Of a DNA stretch of 13,264 nucleotides, positions 1 through 6,016 are shown one piece after another. Within the stretch, counting starts at the first letter, position 1; each line of letters begins with the position of its first letter. Made by a program: the position numbers and the translations under genes. Source of the stretch: Patescibacteria group bacterium (GTDB lineage: Bacteria; Patescibacteriota; Patescibacteriia; 2-01-FULL-39-33); NCBI GenBank assembly GCA_041662745.1, contig JBAZRV010000010.1:1-13264 (forward strand), given 5' to 3'. A model generated the notes under the pieces. It searched no databases and was not told the origin of the DNA. It saw only the letters and a list, made by a program, of their open reading frames with translations.

Positions 1-102
1 GTCTACACCATTCTCGCGCCCAAACAGAAAGAATCGGTCTTCCAAGTCATCATGAAGAACTTCGAGGACGTCTTCGGCTGGACCAAACAGCTGAGCAATT
101 AG
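1..102 (+). CDS. 3' end of a CDS truncated by the window edge (hypothetical protein C-terminus ...FEDVFGWTKQLSN*)
   Basis: Frame 1 is open from base 1 to TAG at 100-102. A strong hairpin terminator follows about 30 nt downstream. No family is recognisable from 33 residues. Confidence 0.5.
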   Translation, partial: VYTILAPKQKESVFQVIMKNFEDVFGWTKQLSN

Positions 103-133
103 CCCGAAACGGACGGAAACTTATTTGCAAATA

Positions 134-161
134 AAAATAACAGCCACGGGACTGTTATTTT
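134..161. terminator. Bidirectional rho-independent terminator
   Basis: Stem aaaaataacag (134-144) pairs with ctgttattttt (151-161). T-tracts follow on both strands. It closes the plus-strand CDS ending at 102 and the minus-strand tRNA-Ser/element A unit. Confidence 0.65.
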
Positions 162-171
162 TATTATTTTG

Positions 172-187
172 CGGAGAGAGGGGGATT
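172..187 (-). repeat. Displaced duplicate of the tRNA-Ser 3' end (T-loop AAT through the discriminator base); direct repeat of 392-407
   Basis: cggagagagggggatt at 172-187 is identical to 392-407, which is the 3' 16 nt of the intact tRNA-Ser. Confidence 0.9.
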
Positions 188-336
188 TACTCGCTCACTC
201 GGCGCCAAAAAGCGCCTCATTCACTTGTCCAAGGTAGCCGCCAAACGCTCTTGATGGTCGCGTTTGTCGTCGCTCAATTATTCGGCTCGGCTTCTGCCTC
301 GCCTCATATCTCGCTCGCTACCTGTTCGAATCCGCC
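188..336 (-). ncRNA. Unclassified structured RNA-like element, copy A
   Basis: Homologous to 10017-10160. The first 27 nt (cgctcactcggcgccaaaaagcgcctc) are identical, then one mismatch, then 12 more identical nt. Helices (plus-strand coordinates): 233-238/317-322, 242-248/260-266, 284-291/296-303 and 201-205/212-216. Three of these covary with copy B. Read on the minus strand, one hairpin is GGC-GA-GGC-AGAA-GCC-GA-GCC, that is tandem G.A pairs plus a tetraloop. It lies between tRNA-Ser and the terminator at 134-161, so read-through from the tRNA could express it. Confidence 0.55.
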
Positions 337-391
337 ATTTTCAAACGGTATTTTTTTATGACGGTAAAAAACCGTCTTAAAAAAATATTTT

Positions 392-478
392 CGGAGAGAG
401 GGGGATTCGAACCCCCGAGGGCTTTGACACCCTACTCGCTTTCCAAGCGAGCGCACTCGACCACTATGCGATCTCTCC
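392..478 (-). tRNA. tRNA-Ser, anticodon GGA, class II with long variable arm, no encoded CCA
   Basis: The minus-strand sequence folds by hand into a cloverleaf. Acceptor stem GGAGAGA/TCTCTCC. D stem GCAT/GTGC with GG in the loop. Anticodon stem CTCGC/GCGAG with loop TTGGAAA. Variable arm AGGG..CCCT. T arm GGGGG-TTCGAAT-CCCCC. Discriminator G. Confidence 0.95.
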
Positions 479-480
479 AG

Positions 481-509
481 ATAAAAGGATGCTCTTCATG
501 GGGCATCCT
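481..509 (-). terminator. Rho-independent terminator downstream of the zinc-ribbon gene pair
   Basis: Stem aggatgc (486-492) pairs with gcatcct (503-509). On the minus strand it is followed by ttttat. Confidence 0.55.
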
Positions 510-515
510 GTTTTA

Positions 516-806
516 CTAACGCCGTTTAAGCCACCTCTTGAGTGAAATAAACCACGCTCCGACAGAACTAAATCCTACGGTGAGGGGGTAATCGGGCTGA
601 GCCACATTGCCCTGCTTCCATTGTTGGACCTTACGGCTATGGCAATACGGGCACCTATTAGCAAAAAGACCGAGGGACTTAAAAAAACTGCCGCAACCAT
701 GGCAAGAAAACTGTTTCCTTTTTAAAAATCCCCTGCTCACGCCGATAGACAAAAGCGAACCGGCCAAGACTAATAAGCAAACAAAAATCGTTAGCGCATA
801 AATCAT
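516..806 (-). CDS. Small membrane-anchored zinc-ribbon protein (N-terminal TM helix; CHGC...CPYC)
   Basis: 96-aa ORF. GGAGGT Shine-Dalgarno sits 6 nt upstream of the ATG. Hydrophobic N-terminus IFVCLLVLAGSLLSIGV. Two CxxC knuckles and a basic C-terminus. Starts 4 nt after the stop of the upstream paralog. Confidence 0.6.
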   Translation of the reverse strand: MIYALTIFVCLLVLAGSLLSIGVSRGFLKRKQFSCHGCGSFFKSLGLFANRCPYCHSRKVQQWKQGNVAQPDYPLTVGFSSVGAWFISLKRWLKRR

Positions 807-810
807 GGAA

Positions 811-1005
811 TTACCTCCGTCGCCGCAGACTTTGCGGATGTTTGAATTGGCGTTGTTTCCCCCGCCTGACTATAACATCACCTTTTCTGCGGCAATAAGG
901 ACAGACCGCGCCGAGGCGGACAGCAACCTTGAAACGCATATCGCAAAGCCAGCAATAAGCATCCAGCCTGGAATCGTGACTGTTCTTTTTCGCAACTTTA
1001 CCCAT
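811..1005 (-). CDS. Small basic zinc-ribbon protein (CWLC...CPYC)
   Basis: 64-aa ORF. GGGAGA Shine-Dalgarno sits 6 nt upstream of the ATG. Two CxxC knuckles, and the second (CPYC) is shared with the downstream ORF. Promoter lies upstream at 1067-1095. Confidence 0.55.
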   Translation of the reverse strand: MGKVAKKNSHDSRLDAYCWLCDMRFKVAVRLGAVCPYCRRKGDVIVRRGKQRQFKHPQSLRRRR

Positions 1006-1066
1006 GATTTTTCTCCCTGTCTCAAAAGACGTTGCGATTTAAAAAAAGTGCAAAAAGCGTAAATGT

Positions 1067-1095
1067 ATTATACAGTAAAAAACTGAAAATGTCCA
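1067..1095 (-). promoter_or_regulatory. Sigma70-type promoter for the zinc-ribbon gene pair
   Basis: Minus strand reads TGGACA (1090-1095), 17 nt spacer, TATAAT (1067-1072). Confidence 0.5.
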
Positions 1096-1099
1096 GCAT

Positions 1100-1128
1100 A
1101 AAAAACCGCCCCGGTTAGCGGAGCGGTT
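1100..1128 (-). terminator. Rho-independent terminator of the thioredoxin-like gene
   Basis: Stem aaccgc (1104-1109) pairs with gcggtt (1123-1128), with inner ccg/cgg pairs. A run of six T follows on the minus strand. Confidence 0.6.
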
Positions 1129-1141
1129 TACCCTGATAGAA

Positions 1142-1753
1142 TTATTTTAAGGCATCAATGGCGGCATTAAGCTCGGCGGCTTCTTTGGTTAAATCATTCT
1201 GCGCTTCATAACCGTTGCCGACACGAAAATACTTGCAACCCATGACAAACGTGGGAATTGATCCCTCGGGATTAAATTCCTGATAAACAGCTAAGGCCTC
1301 AGCCGGCACTTCAGTTTCTACGGCCGTGGTTAAAGTATTGTCTCCGGTGTCAACTTCCCAATGGTAGGCCTTGATCTTTCCGGCCTTAACCGCGTCAGCA
1401 ACTACCTTGTCAAAGGTCGGCTTAACCCATTCGCAATGCGGGCACCAAGTGGTAGAGAATAAATAAACCACCGGCTTACCGCCTTCTTTACAAACAACAG
1501 CGTCTTTCTTTTCTAGGAAAGTTGAAATGCCGGCAGCGGTCGGCTTGATTGATTCCGGGGCGCTTCCGACGGGCTGAGTCGTCTGAGCCGTTTGATCAGT
1601 CAAAACATCTGTTTTAGCCGAATTAACGTTTTGTCCTTTAACCATGACTATTGCCATGATAATCATGCCAATAACGGCAATAACGGCAATGCCGGCAAAA
1701 AGCCCTAATAAAAATTGCTGATCTTTTAATAAACCTTTGTTTTCGCCTTCCAT
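1142..1753 (-). CDS. Membrane-anchored thioredoxin-fold thiol:disulfide oxidoreductase (WCPHC active site)
   Basis: 203-aa ORF. One N-terminal TM helix (LLGLFAGIAVIAVIGMIIMAIVMV), a low-complexity linker, then a thioredoxin-like domain with a CPHC motif. Confidence 0.75.
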   Translation of the reverse strand: MEGENKGLLKDQQFLLGLFAGIAVIAVIGMIIMAIVMVKGQNVNSAKTDVLTDQTAQTTQPVGSAPESIKPTAAGISTFLEKKDAVVCKEGGKPVVYLFSTTWCPHCEWVKPTFDKVVADAVKAGKIKAYHWEVDTGDNTLTTAVETEVPAEALAVYQEFNPEGSIPTFVMGCKYFRVGNGYEAQNDLTKEAAELNAAIDALK

Positions 1754-1782
1754 AAAATTAAAAATTATTTTTAGGTAATGAT

Positions 1783-1811
1783 ATTATAGCTTTTTATTAA
1801 ACATAAAGCAA
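1783..1811 (-). promoter_or_regulatory. Sigma70-type promoter for the thioredoxin-like gene
   Basis: Minus strand reads TTGCTT (1806-1811, abutting the gatA stop), 17 nt spacer, TATAAT (1783-1788). Confidence 0.5.
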
Positions 1812-3272
1812 CTATTTTATCCCTGGTTTCTGTTTATGCCAATCCGTGGCCAATTGGTATTGATGGCCGACGCGCAAAACAGTCTTCTCAGCAAAGCGCT
1901 TGCCTAATAACTGGATGCCCACGGGCAGATTGTCAGCCAGACCGGCGGGGATAGTCAAACCGCAAATGCCGGCCAACGAGGCGGGAATAGTAAAAACGTC
2001 GGCTAAATACATCTTCAGCGGATCATTGATATTCTCCCCCAACTTGAAAGCGGGGGTCGGCGCAACCGGGGTCAAAATAACATCAACCTGCTCAAACGCC
2101 TGATCAAAATCCTCACACACTAAAGTGCGGATTTGCATGGCCTTCTTGTAGTAAGCATCATAATAGCCGGCCGATAAAGCATAGGTGCCGATCATAATGC
2201 GACGCTTGACTTCGGAACCGAAACCCTCGGCGCGAGTGTTAATGTAGATATCCAACAGATCTCCGGATTGCTTGGACAGGCCATAACGAATGCCGTCGTA
2301 GCGCGCCATATTGGAAGATACCTCCGACGGGCAGATAATGTAATAGGCGGCCACGGCCAAATCCGTATGGGGCAAGGAAATATCAATAACTTCAGCGCCC
2401 AACTCCTCCAATTTTTTTGCGGCTTCAAGAACGCGATCGCGTACGCCCACATCCATACCCTCAACAAAATACTCTTTGGGCAACCCGATTTTCAATCCCT
2501 TGATATTCTTTTTGATTTCTTCCGGATAATTATCCACGCTGATATTGGGCGTGGTAGAATCTTTTTCATCGCGTCCGGCCAAGTATTTCATGATCAGCGC
2601 GATATCTTCAACGTTTTTACCAAACGGGCCAATAGTATCCAAAGATGAAGTCATGGCCATCGCGCCATAGCGGGAAACACGGCCGTAAGTCACCTTCAAG
2701 CCGGACACGCCACAAAACGAAGCGGGTTCGCGGATAGAGCCGCCGGTATCCGAGCCGAGCGCATAAAAACACATATCGGCAGAAACAGCCGCAGCCGAAC
2801 CGCCCGATGAACCGCCGGGTACGCGATTCAAATCCCAGGGATTATGGGTCGGAAAAAAACCGGAATTTTCGGTTGATCCGCCCATGGCGAACTCATCCAA
2901 ATTGGTTTTGCCCAAGATCACCGCGCCCTCATCGCGCAACTTTTTGACGGCAGTGGCATCAAACGGCGGAATATAATTCTCTAAAATTTTTGAAGCGGCC
3001 GTACTGCGCAATCCCTTAGTGCAAAATATATCCTTGATAGCTACGGGTATGCCGGCTAAGGGAGAAATACTGTCCTCCGTCTGCAATAATTTATCAGCGG
3101 CCTCGGCCTGCGCCAACGCCTCCTCTTCATTTAAAGTCAAAAAAGCTTTAATTTTTTCGTCTTGGTTTTTGATTCGCTCAAAACAAGCCGCGGTCAATTC
3201 CCGGCTGGTGAATTTCTTTTCTCTCAGGCCGGCAAAGGCTTCAAGCAGTGTTAGTTTATTTAAATCAGGCAT
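1812..3272 (-). CDS. gatA: Glutamyl-tRNA(Gln)/aspartyl-tRNA(Asn) amidotransferase subunit A
   Basis: Amidase signature GGSSGGSAAAV and full-length GatA-like sequence. The ORF track starts at a TTG at 3326. I prefer the ATG at 3272 (MPDLNKLTLLEA...), which matches the usual GatA N-terminus and avoids overlap with gatC. Confidence 0.9.
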   Translation of the reverse strand: MPDLNKLTLLEAFAGLREKKFTSRELTAACFERIKNQDEKIKAFLTLNEEEALAQAEAADKLLQTEDSISPLAGIPVAIKDIFCTKGLRSTAASKILENYIPPFDATAVKKLRDEGAVILGKTNLDEFAMGGSTENSGFFPTHNPWDLNRVPGGSSGGSAAAVSADMCFYALGSDTGGSIREPASFCGVSGLKVTYGRVSRYGAMAMTSSLDTIGPFGKNVEDIALIMKYLAGRDEKDSTTPNISVDNYPEEIKKNIKGLKIGLPKEYFVEGMDVGVRDRVLEAAKKLEELGAEVIDISLPHTDLAVAAYYIICPSEVSSNMARYDGIRYGLSKQSGDLLDIYINTRAEGFGSEVKRRIMIGTYALSAGYYDAYYKKAMQIRTLVCEDFDQAFEQVDVILTPVAPTPAFKLGENINDPLKMYLADVFTIPASLAGICGLTIPAGLADNLPVGIQLLGKRFAEKTVLRVGHQYQLATDWHKQKPGIK

Positions 3273-3312
3273 AATATTGGCAAACAAAGCATTAACGTAT
3301 AAAAACGCAAAA

Positions 3313-3606
3313 TTACTTATTCTCAAATACCTTGGGGATCACGATATAGCCATCGCGGCTAACCGGTGCGCAAGCCACCAATTCCTCGCTGATGCCCGAT
3401 TCAATAATGCGGTCTTCGCGACTGATATTGACCAATCCGGTTACCTGAGAAGTCGGCTCCACCGTCGAGGTGTCTACGGCCTGCAAAGCATCAACATATT
3501 CAAGAATTCCGGACAACTGTTCGGCGTATCGGGCCTTTTCTTGGGCCGTCAGATTAAGGCGCGCCAACTTGGCGATATGCTCTACTTGTTCTATGGTTAA
3601 TTTCAT
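3313..3606 (-). CDS. gatC: Glutamyl-tRNA(Gln)/aspartyl-tRNA(Asn) amidotransferase subunit C
   Basis: MKLTIEQVEHIAKLARLNLT... is a typical GatC N-terminus. About 97 aa and immediately upstream of gatA. I chose the start at ATG 3606 rather than the ORF-track start at 3651. Confidence 0.85.
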   Translation of the reverse strand: MKLTIEQVEHIAKLARLNLTAQEKARYAEQLSGILEYVDALQAVDTSTVEPTSQVTGLVNISREDRIIESGISEELVACAPVSRDGYIVIPKVFENK

Positions 3607-3622
3607 AAATTTAGATACAAAA

Positions 3623-3651
3623 ATATTACCACCGAAGCGGAAATAAATCAA
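3623..3651 (-). promoter_or_regulatory. Sigma70-type promoter for gatCA
   Basis: Minus strand reads TTGATT (3646-3651), 17 nt spacer, TAATAT (3623-3628). Confidence 0.45.
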
Positions 3652-3668
3652 GGCTGGAATAAACGCGT

Positions 3669-5900
3669 TTAAGCCTTCCGGCTAACCCGGCCGGCCGGCT
3701 TATCGGCCGCTTTCATTCTGACCGTAAAAGTCGTTCCCCGGCCTTCCTGGCTGTCAAAAGTCACAGAACTGCCGTCATGAGCCTCAATAATGCGTTTAAC
3801 TATGAACAATCCCAAACCGGATCCGTCGGCATACATGTCTACGGCGTTTTTGGCACGGGAAAACTTATCAAACATTTTATCCTTATCCGCCTGCGGTATG
3901 CCGATGCCCGTATCTGCCACCTCCACCGCCAAGTAATCGCCGTCCTGTTTTAGGGATAGGGTTACCGATCCCTTGGCCGTATATTTAATGGCATTATCCA
4001 CCAGATTATACAGCGCCTGTTCCAGAAAATCGGCGCTGGTCATGACCGGAGACAGTTTTTTTGGCGGTAAAACCAGATTAAGTTTCAATCCTTTACTGAC
4101 CGCCAACTCATCAAGATCGCCGTGAATTGATTTCAAAATGTCTTCCAGTTGCATTGGTTTGGCCGTCAAAGGATCAATTTTAAACTCTTCGGTATCCACT
4201 TCGGAAGCGCGTAAAATATCGCCGATAATGACATTAAGCTTTTCCGCTTTATGATAAATATTATCAAAAAACTTTTTCTTTTCCGCCTCCGGCAATTTAT
4301 CCATGGAACCGTCACGGAACATGGAAATCGTGCCCTTAATGACTGAGACCGGCGTTTTAAGCTGATGGCTGGCAATATCCAAGAACTCGGAACGCATTTC
4401 CAATAATTTCTGCAAGTGTTCGGCACGATGCAACAGTTCTTGCGTCTGTTCATCAACTTTTTTCTGTAATACTCTATTAAAATTTTTGGTTTCTTGGTAA
4501 AGCCGGGCATTATCAATGGCGACAGCCGCTTGCAATGAAAGCGTGAAAAGCAAATTAAGATCCTCTTCGGTATAGGGATCGCCGGAACCCTTAGCGCCCA
4601 AAACGATTATACCCATTAATTTCCCCGATTTCAGCAGAGGCAGGCACAAGGAAGCCTCAATATGATGCATTTCCTTTTCCAGGGCCAGCAAGGATTTTTT
4701 TTCCTTATCGGTTTTAGCATCCCGAGCCAAAAGGAATAATTCCTCTCGCACCAACGGTTTGGCTATTTGCTTCAAATATTTGGTAAAAAAACTGTCTTGC
4801 ACCAAAGATATGCCGTTAGTAATATTGAAGCCGGTTACTTTGGCGATTCTATAATTGACTGCGGAGCCGTCATTCTCCGCCAAAAGCACGCCCGCCCTAT
4901 CCAGCCCCATGGTTTTTTTAATGGTGCCAACTATTAGGTTTATTATCTTATCAAGATCATTATAGTAATTAAGTTCGCGAGTCAATCCGGATATGGTCTT
5001 CTGATAATCATAAAGGGAATAGAAAAAATATTTATTGACAAAATCAGAAAACAACCTATGAAAACTGAACATTAGCAAGACAAATAACGGCGCCACCACG
5101 ATACCGGCCAAAATCGTATAATTGCTATATAGGCTGCCCCACAGATAGGGATAAACGATGATGATGACTGAATAGAAAAGATAAACAAAAATAGAATCGG
5201 CGCCGTAGACGACAAACCATCTGGCTATCACTCGCATATCCATTAACCGATATTTTAAAATAGCATAAGAAATAATGATAGTGAAAATCAATCCTGACAA
5301 ATAAGAGAAAGGATAGATGCTGATGCCGTAAGCCGGAAGATAGGCGGTTGGACCGATAGTGAACAAAACCAAAAAGGCGATAAAAAAATACTTGATCTGA
5401 TATTTAAGCAAGGCGGAATCAACTTTCTTGTAGTATCTGTAAACCTCAAAAAACCAAAAGACTACGTAAGAGCTGAAATAAACCAAGAAAAAATGATGGA
5501 ATAATCTGGCTTTGGTGTGGACTCCCCACTTATAATAAAAAGCGTCAGCCACAAAATAATCGGTACGGCTGACGATTAAGAAAAATATTGATAAAAAATA
5601 AGCAAAAAACAACCAAAAATTAGCCTTGCGATTAGTCAGAGCTAAGCAGAAATGATACATGAATGCCGGAATAAACACTACCGATCCATAAATGAAACGA
5701 TCCCAATAAATCGCTGACGTGATATCGTCGCGATTTAAAAACATCATAAAAGTGCCAAACAGCCAGAGAGAGATAACCAGGGCATGCAAAGCAAAAGTGA
5801 AATTCAAGCGGTTCTTGGGATTTCTTAATAATACTAACCCGCCAAGAATAAAAACGAAGATGGCGCTGATTAGCGGATATAATGTCGGCAAGCTCATCAT
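3669..5900 (-). CDS. Sensor histidine kinase: N-terminal multi-TM sensor domain, GAF domain, HisKA, HATPase_c
   Basis: 743 aa. About 290 N-terminal residues are strongly hydrophobic with multiple TM helices. A central GAF-like region follows. H-box SHQLKTP, N-box DNAIKYT, G1 DTGIGI, F-box FDKFSR, G2 GSGLGL. Confidence 0.88.
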   Translation of the reverse strand: MMSLPTLYPLISAIFVFILGGLVLLRNPKNRLNFTFALHALVISLWLFGTFMMFLNRDDITSAIYWDRFIYGSVVFIPAFMYHFCLALTNRKANFWLFFAYFLSIFFLIVSRTDYFVADAFYYKWGVHTKARLFHHFFLVYFSSYVVFWFFEVYRYYKKVDSALLKYQIKYFFIAFLVLFTIGPTAYLPAYGISIYPFSYLSGLIFTIIISYAILKYRLMDMRVIARWFVVYGADSIFVYLFYSVIIIVYPYLWGSLYSNYTILAGIVVAPLFVLLMFSFHRLFSDFVNKYFFYSLYDYQKTISGLTRELNYYNDLDKIINLIVGTIKKTMGLDRAGVLLAENDGSAVNYRIAKVTGFNITNGISLVQDSFFTKYLKQIAKPLVREELFLLARDAKTDKEKKSLLALEKEMHHIEASLCLPLLKSGKLMGIIVLGAKGSGDPYTEEDLNLLFTLSLQAAVAIDNARLYQETKNFNRVLQKKVDEQTQELLHRAEHLQKLLEMRSEFLDIASHQLKTPVSVIKGTISMFRDGSMDKLPEAEKKKFFDNIYHKAEKLNVIIGDILRASEVDTEEFKIDPLTAKPMQLEDILKSIHGDLDELAVSKGLKLNLVLPPKKLSPVMTSADFLEQALYNLVDNAIKYTAKGSVTLSLKQDGDYLAVEVADTGIGIPQADKDKMFDKFSRAKNAVDMYADGSGLGLFIVKRIIEAHDGSSVTFDSQEGRGTTFTVRMKAADKPAGRVSRKA

Positions 5901-5933
5901 TTTTTTGAAAAAATAATATTTACCACTCTAAAT

Positions 5934-5962
5934 ATTATAACACATTTATAAACTCTAAACAA
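5934..5962 (-). promoter_or_regulatory. Sigma70-type promoter for the histidine kinase gene (extended -10)
   Basis: Minus strand reads TTGTTT (5957-5962), 17 nt spacer, TGtTATAAT (-10 hexamer at 5934-5939). Confidence 0.5.
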
Positions 5963-5971
5963 AATCAGATG

Positions 5972-6002
5972 AAAAAGAGCCGTCTCCCGAAAGAGACGGC
6001 TC
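5972..6002 (-). terminator. Rho-independent terminator of the reductase-like gene
   Basis: 10-bp stem gagccgtctc (5977-5986) pairs with gagacggctc (5993-6002). Loop is ccgaaa. TTTTT follows on the minus strand. Confidence 0.7.
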
Positions 6003-6016
6003 ATAGAACGTGCTTG

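Noticed and set aside
188-336. tmRNA (including a two-piece or permuted form), SRP RNA, RNase P RNA or 6S RNA identity for the repeated element
   Set aside because: - tmRNA: no acceptor stem can be formed for copy A, and no plausible tag ORF ending in a hydrophobic ..AA* tail is present.
- RNase P RNA: it lacks the GAGGAAAGUCC block.
- SRP RNA: the GGAA-capped hairpin of copy B only superficially resembles SRP helix 8, and copy A has AGAA with different flanks.
- All of these housekeeping RNAs would be expected as a single copy, but the element occurs twice.
125-361. 78-aa plus-strand ORF covering element A
   Set aside because: It has a TTG start and no Shine-Dalgarno. It runs through a terminator hairpin and the tRNA 3'-end duplicate. 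The region is better explained by conserved RNA helices, because substitutions between the copies preserve pairing rather than a reading frame.
172-391. MITE or IS-derived element
   Set aside because: There are no terminal inverted repeats at either copy. The flanking duplications are 16 and 26 nt, which is too long and too variable for DDE-type target-site duplications.
805-1062. Plus-strand ORFs 607-801 and 805-1062 opposite the zinc-ribbon genes
   Set aside because: They have no Shine-Dalgarno or promoter. The minus-strand ORFs have Shine-Dalgarno sites, paired CxxC motifs and matching promoter and terminator.
1900-3600. Antisense or overlapping ORFs within gatA and gatC (1900-2103, 2192-2467, 2268-2648, 3019-3600)
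   Set aside because: They lie entirely inside confidently identified genes. They have low-complexity, Arg/Ala-rich translations typical of off-frame reading.
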